Below are positions 36,930 through 51,022 of a stretch of DNA of 64,000 nt, one piece after another. The notes below the pieces were generated by a model that was given only the letters and a program-made list of their open reading frames with translations, searched no databases and had not been told where the DNA came from. Position 1 is the stretch's first letter, and each line of letters opens with the position of its first letter. A program made the translations under genes and the position numbers. The DNA is from Octopus vulgaris (taxonomy: Eukaryota): assembly GCA_951406725.2 (NCBI GenBank), contig OX597834.1, positions 30,814,001 to 30,878,000 on the forward strand. The letters run 5' to 3'.

Positions 36930-38660
36930 CGATTACGATGATGATGGTGATGATGATGACAGTGATGGTGGTAGTGGTGGTGATGATAATGATACTGATT
37001 GTGATGATGATGATGATGATGATGCTGTTGGTGGTGGTGGTGGTGGTGTTAGTGGTGGTGGTGGCTGATGTTGTTGATAGTGGTGGTGATGATTGCAGTG
37101 GTGATGGTGGTGGTGGTGGTAGTGCTGGTTATGATGATGGTAATGTTCATCATGATATTGTTGTTGGTGGTAATGGCAGTGATGATGATGATGATGATGT
37201 GGTGGTGGTGGTAGAAGTAATAATCGTCATGGTGGTATTGTTGTTGTTTGTGGTGATGGTGATGGATGATGATGAAGATGCTGGAGAGTATAGTGATGAC
37301 AAGGTTGTATGTAGTGAAGACAACGATGATGATGATGGTAATGTTGATGATGATGATGATGATGATGGTAATAGTAGTTACAATGAAGCTAATGTTGATG
37401 GTGATGATGTTGATGGTGATGGTGGTGATGATGGTGATGATGATGATGAAGATGATAACAGTAGCTATAGTGATGCTAATGTTGATAATGGTGGTGGTGG
37501 TGGTAGTGTTGGTGGTGGTAGTCATGGTGGTGACGATTATCAGGATGTTAATTAGAACGTCTAATTGCACTGACTCAGTCTTTGTCAGCCGATAGCATTT
37601 TTTCCATTGAGAGAAGATTAACTTTCATCAGACAAGCTTTGAGATGACCAAATACATGGAGAGAGGGAGAGAGAGAGAGAGGGGGGAGGGAGGGAGAGAG
37701 GGAGGGGGAGGGAGGGAGAGAGGGAGATGACCAGTCGTTTTAGAATCGCAATACCTCAAACCTACGTAACCTTATATGTGTCGACAGAATTATCTGGAAG
37801 GATGGCGGTATTGGATTTAATGAAGCCGGGGTGACCTTGTCCGGAAAGGGACCAATGGTGAAAGCGGGGAACGGACGAAATGTTGCGTGCATAACATCTA
37901 TCATGTTGGCAGTAATGGTGGTGGTGGGAGGGGGGAGGGGGAGGGGTGGACACGTGTGGGTGGTTGGTTGGGGTGGTTGGGGGTGGGGTTAATTCTTGTG
38001 GAATCAGAAGCGGAAGTCAGGAGGAGGAGGTGGAAGAGGAAGGGTGGTTGATGTTGTTGTGGTGGTGGTGGTGGTGGTGATGGTGGGATGATGATGATGA
38101 GGAGGAGGAGGAGGAAGAAGAAGAGGAGGAGGAAGAAGAAGAAGAGGAGGAGAAAGAAGAAGAAGAGGAGGAAGAAGAAGAGGAGGAAGAAGAAGAGGAG
38201 GAGGAGAAAGAAGAAGAAGAGGAAGAGGAGGAAGAAGAAGAAGAGGAGGAAGAAGAAGAAGAAGAGGAAGAGGAGGAAGAAGAAGAAGAAGAGGAAGAAG
38301 AAGAGGAGGAGGAGGAAGAAGAAGAAGAAGAAGAGGAGGAAGAGGAGGAGGAGGAAGAAGAAGAAGAAGAAGAAGAAGAAGAAGAAGAAGAAGAAGAAGA
38401 GGAGGACAATGACGACGACGACAATCATCATCAATATCCGCTTTCCATGCTGGCATTGGTTGATGATGACACACACATAAATATGTGTGTGTGTGTGTAT
38501 ACATGTCATTATCATTATCATTTAACATCCATCTTCCACGTGTGTATACATATGTATATTGAGGCTCACGCACACACATACACACACATACGGTGGCAGT
38601 GATGATAATCTCGATTGCAGTGGAGAGAGTAATAGTGATGATGGGAATGATTGTAGTGGA

Positions 38661-38709
<49 letters not shown>

Positions 38710-39015
38710 GATGATAGCAGCAGTAGCAGTAGTAGTGGTGGTGGTGGTGGTGGTGGTGGCTGCTGTGGTGGCACTGGCTGCAGTTACTAAGTCACATTTT
38801 AATTAACAATCGCAATCGTTAATCTGTTCTGCCAAGGTTTACCTGATTAGCAAAACATTCATTAGGCATATCAAGAAAACATCCACCACCACCTTCACCA
38901 CCACCACCGCCGTCGCCGCCGCCGCCGCCACCACCACCACCACCGCCGCCACCGCCACCACCACCACCACAACCGCCACTACCACCACCATCACCACCAC
39001 CACCACCACCACCAT
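36893..39015. repeat. (GAT)n/(GGT)n/(GAA-GAG)n/(CCA)n microsatellite region with unique spacers
   Basis: Directly visible, including a purine tract of about 300 bp at 38098-38405. Confidence 0.85.
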
Positions 39016-39502
39016 GCCTCACTGCTGCCACTGCTCCTCCTCCTAAGCACAAACAGCATGCAACATATACCTTCAAGACCACCACTAACGCTAGACCGTT
39101 GACCCTACCTTTCACTGGGGTATCTCGCCCAGTGAAGGAACATCCTCGACAATCTGTTATCTTTTTTTTACTTGTTTCAATCATTGGACTGTGGCCATGC
39201 TGGGGCACCAGTCTGAAAGGTTAAATAAAACAAATTGTTCCTAGTGTCTCCATTTTCATGCTATTGAGCTTTTATACTGAATAACTAAGAAACAGCTTCT
39301 CCCTGTCCTGGTAAAAGATGCTCAGGAATAGACACAGGCGGTGTTGATCAAACACAAAATACGGTGTCCCTATCAGTAATTAATATGTATGTACCAGTTG
39401 CCAGGAATGTGTTTGATATGTAAAACTGAAAATTCTAATAGTGTTAAACCAGTAAACACAGTGGCTGTTTAAGCCACTGTGTTCATGGGTGGTTAATGGG
39501 TT

Positions 39503-39557
39503 GGATGTGGTCTGAAGAAAGGACAATGACTCCTGAAATATGCATATACACCCATCC
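39503..39557 (+). ncRNA. Type I hammerhead ribozyme motif (core boxes intact)
   Basis: GGATGTGGT-CTGAAGA-A-AGGA-CAATGAC-TCCT-GAAA-TATGCATA-TA^CACCCATCC. Palindromic stem III; imperfect stem I. Confidence 0.65.
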
Positions 39558-39693
39558 CTTAGTTTTCCCTCTTCAACCACATTGCTTACAGCATTGTACA
39601 TATATGTGAAATGTTGTAACTTTCAGTGATGGCTCTAAGTTCTATACAAAATCTGTTGAGATAACTTAAAAGTGGTTAAATCACACTGCTAAC

Positions 39694-39993
39694 ATGAAAA
39701 GAAAGACAGTATTGATTCCTAAACCTTTAAAATACTTAGTTGTATATTATGGTTGCAAAGCAAAATATGATGTCCCGACCAGCAATCAAAATATAAGAAA
39801 CTCCAGTGATATGGGCAGCATAAGTATACATAACTTGAATGAATACTGGTGGAATGTCAGTGTGGAAACTTCAACAAGATGCAAACACAACAGAACAGGT
39901 ATAATAGTCTGTTACCGAGAAAGGAAACTATTGGCAGAATTTGAAATCACTTGTGCTGAAAGGGTCAGCGTAATATTAAAGGTTAGTGGGTGA
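39694..39993 (+). pseudogene. Possible decayed GIY-YIG endonuclease remnant (Penelope-like)
   Basis: IPKPLKYLVVYYGCKAKYDVPT...SISIH...RKLLAEFEI loosely follows the PLE pattern VVY..C..C...Y.G.T...H...R..LE..EI. Weak. Confidence 0.3.
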
Positions 39994-40134
39994 GTGAGCA
40001 CATGTGTGCCCATGTGTAAAAGAGAGAGAGAGAGACGGACATACAGACAGAGAGATCATCTATGCCAACCTGATGAGAAATTTATAATTACACTATCCCA
40101 ATTCTAACTATAGCCTCCTAGTAATATTTGTGAA

Positions 40135-40468
40135 GGTACATGGTTCAGTGGTTAAAATGTCAGGGTCACAATCATGATTTAGTGAGTTCCAGCCCATGCT
40201 GTGTGTTGTGTTCTTGAGCAAGACACTTTATTTCACATTGCTCCAGTTCACTCAGCTGTAGAAATGAGTTGTGACATCGCTGGTGCCAAGCTGTATCGGC
40301 CCCTTTGCCTTTCCCTCTGATAACATCAGTGGCGTGGCGGGGGGAGGCTGGTATGCATGGGCGACTGCTGGTCTTCCATAAACAACCTTGCTTGGACTTG
40401 TGCCTAGGAGGGTAACATTCTAGGTGCAATCCCATGGTCATTCATGACCAAAGGGGGTCTTTACCCCT
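40135..40468 (+). mobile_element. tRNA-derived SINE (family D-related, different tail)
   Basis: TGGTTCAGTGGTTAA head; TCTTGAGCAAGACACTTTATTTCACATTGCTCCAG body shared with 712-910. Confidence 0.65.
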
Positions 40469-40719
40469 TTTTTCTAATAATTATTGGAGCATATGATGAT
40501 AAGACTAATTGCCTCAGTACCATTCTTGAGAAATTAGGATTCATAAAACAAGAAAGAACATGTTTAATAAGATTACAACAAATTGTCAAAGGAACTATCA
40601 AAATATGTGAAACATTCATGAAGTTTAGCATGTAATAAGAACCACACATAGAATGACATTCAGGCGTTTATGTGCACATATATGTATAGACATACATGGA
40701 CACTTAGATTTACATACAT

Positions 40720-40749
40720 GTATGCATACATATATATGCATGTGCATAT

Positions 40750-40814
<65 letters not shown>

Positions 40815-41061
40815 TATGTATGTGCATATATATACACATATATGTGATACTACACTGTTTGATGTCTAAATCACAAAGGAAGTCTTACTTCCAGGCTAGA
40901 AACTGGCTCCTTCTCTATTGGTAAAGAATTTGAAATATAAAACCAAGAAGGAATATCCACATGTACATACACATACACACAAACACACACGCATGTACAT
41001 GTATACATATATATATACAAACATATAAACCTATACATATATATATAAATACACACACACC

Positions 41062-41096
<35 letters not shown>

Positions 41097-41431
41097 TTAT
41101 ATATGTATATTTCTGTGTGTGTGTATGTGTACGTGTATATACATGCATACATACACACATAGTCACACTCACTCACATACATGCACATATCTATACAGTG
41201 TGTGCACATCTCACTATATATCTATACACACACACACGTATATATTGATAAATTGCAATGTAAATTACTAGAGGCAAGTCTGTTGTCCAAATGACAAATT
41301 GACTGTCTCTGTGCACAAACACACCCACACACCTACATCCATACGCGGTGCTTTCATATCCCTCCCCATCGCCACCACAACCAAGGGCCATTAATACTGT
41401 TTGTAGTGGATATATAAATGTATATACATAC

Positions 41432-41483
<52 letters not shown>

Positions 41484-41664
41484 TATATATATATATACGT
41501 ATGTATGAATATATATATGTATGTATGTATATATGAATATATATATGTATGTATGTATGTATATATGAATATATGTATGTATGTATGTATGTATGAATAT
41601 ATATATATATACATATATACATATATATACATATATACATACATATATACATATATATACATAT

Positions 41665-41706
<42 letters not shown>

Positions 41707-41759
41707 GTATATATGTATATATATGTATGTAGATATGCATGTATGTATGTGTGCGTGTG

Positions 41760-41791
<32 letters not shown>

Positions 41792-41811
41792 TATATATAT
41801 ATATATATATA

Positions 41812-41860
<49 letters not shown>

Positions 41861-42031
41861 AAAGGAGAGTGTGCGGAGTGGTAGCAGGTAGAATTAGTCA
41901 GAGAGTTAACTGTACACCTTTTCATTGATTGATAACAAGATGCTGACAAATTAAAACAATAACAGCAGAAACTGATGGATATACAGCAATGGTGATGGCG
42001 GCGGCGGTGGAGGCAGAAAAGGTGGTGATTG

Positions 42032-42073
<42 letters not shown>

Positions 42074-42172
42074 CTGTGGAGGCGGAGATGTAGAAATGGT
42101 TGGATGGCAATAAGTGAGACAGAAACAGAGAGAGAGAGAGAAACTGTGGAGGGTAGGGGAATGGGTAAATGG

Positions 42173-42268
<96 letters not shown>

Positions 42269-42339
42269 AGGGAGAGACAGACAGCGAGGCAAACGCAAAG
42301 AGGCTGTAGAGGTTGGCTAGGTGAATGGTTAAATGGCAT

Positions 42340-42393
<54 letters not shown>

Positions 42394-42478
42394 AAAGAGG
42401 AAGTGAGAGAGAGAGAGAGAGAAAGACAGTGACAGGGGTATGGTTGAATAACAACACGTGTGTATGCATGTGTATGCA

Positions 42479-42520
<42 letters not shown>

Positions 42521-42964
42521 TGTGTGTGTGTGCATGTGTGTGTGACTGGTTGAATCGCAATGCGTGTTTGTGATGCTGTCGCTGTGTGTGTACTTATGTG
42601 TGTACTTATGTGTGTACTTATGTGTGTAACTGTCAAGGGTGGATAGGTGAATGACCAAATGGTGATGTGTATGTATATACGTATGTGTGTATACATGTAT
42701 ATACATATACAGCCACAGTTATAAACTCTTTGTGTGTGTGTGTGCAAGCATATGGATTGGCTATCTTACATATATATATATATATATATATGCTTTTATA
42801 CACACACACATATATACACACAAACACCTATATACACAGAAAAGAGTAAGAAAGAGAAATAGATAGACTGATAGATAGATGGATAGATAGATAGATAGAT
42901 AGATAGATAGACAGATAGATAGACAGACAGACAGATAGATAGACAGATAGATACATAGATTGAC

Positions 42965-43007
<43 letters not shown>

Positions 43008-43028
43008 CAGATAGATACATAGATTGAC

Positions 43029-43111
<83 letters not shown>

Positions 43112-43124
43112 CAGACAGATAGAC

Positions 43125-43216
<92 letters not shown>

Positions 43217-43225
43217 GGATAGATA
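40720..43225. repeat. (TA)n, (TG)n and (GATA)n microsatellites with unique spacers
   Basis: Directly visible. Confidence 0.85.
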
Positions 43226-44018
43226 AAGAGACAAGCAGGCAGAAATCTATCAATCCCCCAGGACATTGGGTGAAAAATATTCTTAAGGTCAACATTTACT
43301 TCTCTTTATTTTCTCACAACGATTTCTACATCTTCTTGCTAATTCAATTATAGACAAAATTAAATACAGCTAAACTTAATTAAAAAGTTCAAGATGTCCA
43401 CTACATTTTCAGATACTTTAATAGAAAATAGTTTGCGTTAAAAAAGAAAAAGAAAAGTATGATAAAATACATGTTTAAAATAATAGAATGCAACTTCTAA
43501 GCCATATAGTTTCTTATTTCTAAATTATTTTTCGTTTTAATTGGATTTAAATAAAATATCTGAATGTGATAAATCTAATTCTGTAATTTTCATCCAAATT
43601 GGTTCTGTAGAAAATAACTTACTGTGCAAAAAGTGGTCACGTTTTAATAAGAATTTGACTGAAATTCATTATTAAGCCATAACATTTCAGTTGTTTGTAA
43701 AAAATATTTTAGTAGGTGTAGGCATGGTTGTGTGGTTAAGAAGCTTGCTTCCCAATCAAATGGTCTCAGAGAGTGAAATTCCAGAGTGTGACACCTTGGC
43801 CAGGTGTCTTTTACTATAACCAGAGGCTGACCAATGGGAGGCTGTACGCAGGATGGGAAGGGAGCAGCAAGAGTCTCTTGCTGGTTATGGATCTGGAGAG
43901 AGGGGTTAAGCCGGGAGCAAGGAGGAGATGATAAGCTGTGATTTGGTCATCTCTGCTGACCTGCCTATGGTTCAGGGTCAAAACAACTGATGATTGTTGG
44001 ACACTGTCTGATGGCATT

Positions 44019-44545
44019 CATCATCATCATTGTTTGACCGTGGTCGAGACAATGGAATTTACCATGCTACACCAGACTTCACGGTCCATCATAGCATTAC
44101 AGAGGTCCTGTTGCTGGATGTCTGTATCCCTGGAGATTACATCAGGGTAGGAGAGTGTGCGCCCTCTGGTATTGCGAGTAGATGGCTTCCAGAGGAGAAG
44201 AGTAGAAATTGCCTCGTTTTCAGCTCTACAACAATGTCCAGCAAACTGGACTCTCCTGCCTTTCACAAGAGATGACACAGGTGGTAGTTTCCCATATATT
44301 TGCATTTTGGTTGGATGACACTTCCACGAGAGATTTTGAGCTCTCATAAGGAGGCGAGTGTAGGTTCCATCCAACTGCCTCTCAAGCTTCTTTGATAACG
44401 TCCAGGTTTCTGAGCCATATAGTAGAATTGGTTCAACTGTGGCTTTGAAGATTTCAAGTTTGAAGTCTCTACTAAGATTTGATGACCAGATCTTATGCAT
44501 GTCATTACAGGCTGACCAGGCCATACCCTTTCTAGTTAGAAAATC
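44019..44545 (-). mobile_element. 5'-truncated RTE-clade LINE 3' end
   Basis: Open frame KGMAWSAC...FKATVEPILLYGSETWTL...RRVQFAGHCCR...GR...W. (GAT)n tail; candidate TSD ATGGCATT. Confidence 0.88.
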
Positions 44546-45344
44546 TAGAAAAGGTATGGCATTAGTTCCTCCTTGCCAAAGCTTCGTTTGCCTTGGTGAA
44601 TCGAAAAGAAGCACCTTTATGCTTTTTGGGGGAGGGGGAAGATTTCTATAAAAGGAATCAATTTGAAATATATTTTGTCGCATATTAAGAGGGTCATTTT
44701 GCCAGGAGTAGACACATGCACTGGTTCAATTTAACTTCATTATTTTCATTAATGAGGTCATGAATGGTGATGAAAGGACTTTGGCAAACTTAACTGATTG
44801 ATTGATCGATCAAATGATTAATCAAATAATTGATTAATTAATTGGTTAAATGTTTAAATGAGTGACAAATAAAAGAAATAAAGAAGTGAAATAAAACAAA
44901 TGCATGTGTCTATTACTGGTGTAATGACTTTTCTGAAATCCAATTTACTTCTGTGAAATTAGTTAAAATCAGTGAAATCGAAAAATACTTATGAGGTAAA
45001 AATGGTTGAAGTCCGAGAGTGATTGCTAATAAATTTTGTGACTTTAAGAGTTTTATAAGAAAAAATTTCATTAAAAAGTGCATAGAAGAGGGATAGCATT
45101 GCACTGGTTCCAACTTTTGACTGTTTTCAGTCCAATCCAGATTTGGTTTGGTTCCATTTAGATGTGTGCATAATGTCAGTTGGCTTTTTGTTTTTGGAAT
45201 ACAATATAATTGATAGCACAAAACTAAGAATTTTCCAGTTTTCAAATATTTCGAAATTAGGAGAAATTAGGAGAAACATGGATTTGTATTTGAGTTCCTA
45301 CATTTTGCAATTATGGTTGCTTGGGAAATCAGCACTTGGTCATT

Positions 45345-45752
45345 TATTCTTTTAGTCGTTTACTTGTTTCAGTCATCATTTGACAGCAGCCATACTGGAG
45401 CATCACCTCAATGGGTTTTAGTCAAACAAATCAACCCCAGCACTTATTTTTTAAACCTGGTGCTTATAATATCAGTCTCCTTTGCTGAACTGCTAAGTTA
45501 CAGGGACGAAAACACACCAACACCGGTTGTCAAGCAGTGATGGTGGGGGGGGGGGGACAAACACAGATACAAAGACACACACACACATATATGATGGGCT
45601 TCTTTCAGTTTCCGTCTACCAAATCCACTCACAAGGCTTTGGTTGGCCCAAGGCTACAGAAGAAGACACTTGCCCAAGGTGCCACACAGTGGGATGGAAC
45701 CCAGAAGCATATGATTGGAAAGCAAGTCTCTTAACACGCAGTCATGCCTGCA
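45345..45752 (-). mobile_element. SINE family B
   Basis: Head and tail match 17555-17962. Confidence 0.8.
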
Positions 45753-46053
45753 TCTGTTCCAAATGCATGAGGATGCTTAACCAGAATGGATCATCAAGGA
45801 ACGCTTTATTGAATATCCAAATACAGATTTCCCAGCAACCACAATGGCGAAACATATGTAGGAACTATAATATAAAGCCATGCTTATCTCAATGTCTCGT
45901 ACCTTTGGTCTAAAGTAGTTACTTATCCACTATAAAGAAAGCAGACTGGATTATGATAATCTAAATGGCACTGTAAACACGACAGCAGCAGTCGTATATC
46001 CATTTGTTTACACGGAAGATATTGTTTTGAAAGTATGTGTATTTAGTATATAA

Positions 46054-46446
46054 CTAGCAGTATCGCCCGGCGTTACTCGGGTTTGTAAGGGAAATAACTA
46101 TATAAGCATTTTTAGAGATGTAAAGTATAATAGCCATCTCAATATGGTTAACCACAAAGGGGGGGGGGTTACTGTAGCTTTTTACGTTCTGAGATTTAAT
46201 AAATTTTTAGAGAGTTACTTCCCTTATATATGCCAAAAATGCATTAAAAATGGGAAAAATTGATGGTAAATTTTTTTTAAATCGTAGACTCATCGTAGAC
46301 GCGCACTAATACCCAGAAGGGCTCGATATGAATCACGACTATAAGATACCCGGTTTTGGTTAAACTGCACCGCAAAATGTGGGAGTAGTTAGGAATCTAA
46401 ATCGTAGGAGACAGACAGCACACAATCTCTCTTTAATATATAAAGA
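46054..46446 (-). mobile_element. Non-autonomous Helitron
   Basis: Minus strand A|TCTTTATATA...CCCGAGTAACGCCGGG-CGATACTG-CTAG|T: 5' TC, GC-rich subterminal hairpin, 3' CTAG, inserted between A and T. Confidence 0.85.
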
Positions 46447-46942
46447 TATGCAGAGAGTAAATTTCAGGTGGAAAAAAAAATATCAGCTTTTTAAGTTAAA
46501 ATTACTATTTGTAAATCTCACAATGAGAGATATTCAGCAACAGTACTTTGGAGTAAAGATTATTGGCCAACATAACATGGCAGTCCTGGTTTAGGACGAA
46601 TGTTGCTGTAATTTAGCCCCAGGAGGCATTGTCTCCAGCTGGCTATACAACACGATCTTTGTCCTTATATTTTCAAACAAGGGAATCTAGCACCCCCGCT
46701 CAGCTCAAAACAATATCTGTGTATCGTGATTTCCAGCTTTTTAAGTGCAGCAAAATTAATGGTTTTAAGAGCAAGTTAAGGCGCCAAAGATATCATCTTT
46801 CATGGTGATCTTTTGATTTGCAAACAAACAAGTGTGGGATTAAGAATGAAAGAAAATGAAGTCTGAAATGTTCAAATATAAAACTGGCGCTTCTGAGGAA
46901 ATGAAATAAGTAAATGCTTAAATGTCATTATTAAGGGTTTCT

Positions 46943-47395
46943 AGGCAGCGAGCTGGCTGAATCGTTGGTACACTGGGGCGAAATGTTTAGCACCCTCTCA
47001 TCTGTCTTCACGTTTTGAATTCAAATGCTACTGGGGTCAACTTTGGTTTTCATCCCTTCAGGGTCAATAAAATAAGTACCAGTTAAACACTGGGGTCAAT
47101 GTAATCAATTTACCCCTGCTCCACCAAAAAAATTTCAGGCCTTGTGCCTATAGCAGAAAGAATTATTAAGGGTCTCTAAGGTGGTGAGCTGGCAGAGTTG
47201 TTACAGCACTGGGCAAAGTGCATTTCATCCATCCCAATGTTCTGAGTTCAAATTTCACCAAGACTGACTTTGCTTTTTATCCCTTTCAGGGGTCGATAAA
47301 GTAAACACCAGTTGAACACTGGGATCAACATAATCAACTTATGCCCTTGCCCAGAATTACTGGCCTTCTGATCAAATATGAAACCATTATTAAGG
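46943..47395 (+). mobile_element. SINE family A-related, two tandem copies
   Basis: GCGAGCTGGC / GTGAGCTGGC heads at about 46948 and 47183, each with the core and a (ATT)-type tail. Confidence 0.75.
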
Positions 47396-47613
47396 GTTTC
47401 TGTTTTCATTCTTCAACGACATTATTTAGTGAACTTGTGTTGGTAGAATCATGGAAAATAGGAATTGCTTTTTTATGGAAAAGAATACACGTAAAAGTAA
47501 TTGTGATTGGTCATTTTTTTGGAAAGAAAACCAACATTATTAAGATTCCTCATTCATATTTTTATATTTACATTTAATTAGTTAATAAAATTTACTTTTT
47601 CATCATAGTTTAA

Positions 47614-47834
47614 CCCTTTAGTTTTTGCATTATTCTGCCAAAATTAATGCTTTTTCCTCCACTTTATTTTGAACTAATCATGCATCATCTTGTAGCTATG
47701 AGAATTTGATGAGGTAGCTGTTAATTTTTTAAGCGATATTGTAGGGTTGGTGAGAGAGACCAGATCTGGCCAGTTTGAGCATAAAACAAGCAGAATACTA
47801 TTGGCCAGATATGGCCGGTTTAAATACTAAAGGG
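47614..47834. mobile_element. piggyBac-derived MITE
   Basis: TTAA|CCCTTTAGT...ACTAAAGGG|TTAA. Confidence 0.85.
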
Positions 47835-48149
47835 TTAAACATTTTGCAGAAAAAAAAATATATAAAGAAATTATTTTCTTTCAGAATTAATATTTTTTGA
47901 GTTTTGTTTCGATGACACTTTTTTTTTTAAAACTGTAATAAATGCTGCCTGTAAAAGGTATGGACTAGCAGGAAGAATACAGAATACAGTGATGAGGTTG
48001 TAGTTTGAACACAGAGAAGAACAGGCCAAAAAAAGAGGTGGAAGTTTAAAAATAAGTAAGGATGATGATGATATGATGATGGAACATAGATATAGATTGG
48101 ACAGATAGACAGATAGGGAGATAGATAGAATGTTAGATACATAGATAGA

Positions 48150-48560
48150 CAATGTGGCATTAGAGCGCCGTGCTATTAGTGTGCTAAGAGCACCATCCGA
48201 GCGTGATCATTGCCAGAGCGGTTAACTGGCCTCCGTGCTGGTGACATGTAAGAGGCACCATTCGAGCGTGATCGTTACCAGCGTCGCCTTACTGGCACCT
48301 GTGCCGGTGGCATGTGTAAAAAGATTCGAGTGAGGTCATTGCCAGTACCGCCTGACTGATCCCCCTGTGCCGGTGGCACATAAAGCACCCACTACACTCT
48401 CGGAGTGGTTGGCATTAAGGAAGAGCATCCAGCTGTAGAAACTCTGCCAGATCAAGATTGGAGCCTGGTGCAGCCCCCTGGCTTCCCAGACCCCAGTCAA
48501 ATCGTCCAACCCATGCTAGCATGGAAAGCGGACGTTAAATGATGATGATGATGATGATGA
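48150..48560 (+). mobile_element. Retroposon family C with internal tandem repeats
   Basis: Repeated CACCAT(C/T)CGAGCGTGATC...GTGCCGGTGGCA units, then the conserved 3' end and (GAT)n. Confidence 0.8.
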
Positions 48561-50011
48561 TATGTGTAGGCATATGTGTGTGTGTATACATAGAGAGACA
48601 GAGAGATAGACAGGTAGATAGATAGATTATGCATATATATATATATATATATGTATATATATTTGTATTGTCTGTATTATTATGTTATTGTGAGTATTGA
48701 TGGTGTATGTATAAGTGTGTATACATCATATGTCAATGTGCGTATATTTGTGGGTGTATATAATTTGTGTATGCATATGTGTATATTAAGGTGTGTATGT
48801 ATGTTTATATTAACCTTTCATATTGTGTGCATGTGTGTATTTGTGTGCATGTGTTAACATGTATGTATGCACTTGTATGCATGTATTAGTGTGTATATAT
48901 GTATATATATATATTTACATTAATGTATATGAACTGTATGTTAATATTTGTGTATTAGTGATTTACTGTGTGTATGTGTGTGTGTTTGTAACAGTGTGTG
49001 TGCATGTTTTTGTATTAATGTACATGTATTGTGTGTGCGTGTTAGTATGTATATCTTAATGGTTTAATCTGTGTATGTATGCATTGATGTGTCTGCATAA
49101 GTGTGTGTGTATATGTGTAGGTGTGTGTATGAATGTGATAAATAGTTTCATGTGATTATGTAAGTGCTTTAGTATACACGTGTGTGTGTGTGTGTGTGTG
49201 TGTTTATGTGTAGTGGGTGTGTTTTAATGTGTGTATGTATATACATTTACGTTTAAACATACATGTGTGTGTGTACGTGTGTGTGTGTATGTGTGTGTGT
49301 TAGGTTGTGTGCGAGTGTTTTAATGTGTGTATGTATATACATTCATGTTTGAAAATACATGTGTGTGTGTGTGTTAGTTTTTGTGTGTTTTAATGTGCAT
49401 ATGTATATACATTCACGTTTAAACATACACGTGTGTGTGTGTGTATGTTTGTGTGTATGCATATTCATGTATGCATTTATGTGTGTGTTTTAGTTTGTGC
49501 ATACTCCTTTGTATGTGTATGAGCAGTAGTATGCATATCTGCGTGTGTATGCCTTAGTATACAAGCGAATACGCATTCCTATATGTATGCGTTTGTACAT
49601 GTGTCAGTTTGTATATGCGTGTCCATGTATGTATACATGTGTACATACCATTGTGCATACGTATGTATATTCATGCATGTGTGTATGTTAGTTGTTGTTA
49701 ATTAATGTGCATGCGTATGTACCTTATGTGTGTATGCGTGTGTATGCATGTATGTATGAGTGTGTGTATGAGTGTTAGTGAGCATGTATATGTCCACTCA
49801 TGCATGTCTAAACGTGTGTGTACATGTGTGTGGGAGCGATGCATACATGGCTGTGCATTAGTGTGTGTGAAAGTATGTGTGTGTGTGTGTTAGTGTATGT
49901 GTTAGAATGCAAGTGTATGCACATTCATATGCATATGTGTGCATGCATGCATGTAGATACGTTCATGGTTGTGTATTAGTATATGTGTGCGTGTGTGTGT
50001 GCGTGCGAGTG

Positions 50012-50050
<39 letters not shown>

Positions 50051-50132
50051 GTGTGTGTGCGCGCGCGTGTGTGTGTGTGTTTGTGTGTGTGCGTGTGTGT
50101 GTGTTCGTGTGTGTGTGTGTGTGTGTGTGTGT

Positions 50133-50167
<35 letters not shown>

Positions 50168-50490
50168 GAGTAATTGCCTGTACTTGTGTGGCGGTTATGA
50201 GCGGATGATATGGAATCCCTAACCTTTTTGTGTCAGAGGTCACTCCCTTCCAACAAAACAGTCCCTGGCTGGTCTCATAGAATGGGCAACGGCCGTAGTA
50301 TGGGTCAGCAACTACGACCAGCTATTTAGGGCCCCCCTTCAACTCATGCCTGGCTGATCAGCCAACTCAAGCATGACAATGTAATACAGATTCATGTGTG
50401 TTGTGTGAATTCCATCAACCTGAAACCTGGACACCACTACGGTACGTAGACATATATATATACACACACACACACACACCATTATATATG

Positions 50491-50529
<39 letters not shown>

Positions 50530-50741
50530 GGAAGAAAGAGAAAGAAAGAGAGAGGGAGATCTCAGTTTACCATGTGTTGGATGGGCACACTGCATAGCTA
50601 TGCATTCATGCACGCATATATATATATATATATGTATACATACTGTATATATTATGTATGCAGGTGTGTGTATTGATACATATATAAATATATACACGCA
50701 CGTACATACGTAGAATACATATGTATATAGGTGTGTGTTTG

Positions 50742-50779
<38 letters not shown>

Positions 50780-50897
50780 TATATATGTGTGTGTACAGCC
50801 GCTGGCTTTCCAGACCTCAGTGAAACCGTCCAACCCATGCCAGTATGGAAAACGAACGTTAAACGACGATGATGTACTTGTGTGTATGTGTAAGTAT

Positions 50898-51022
<125 letters not shown>

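Noticed and set aside
40068-40092. CTGATGA-GAAA hammerhead-like string
   Set aside because: No stem II and no convincing stem I.
46565-46605. GTCCT/AGGAC-GAA hairpin resembling hammerhead stem II
   Set aside because: No CTGANGA box upstream.
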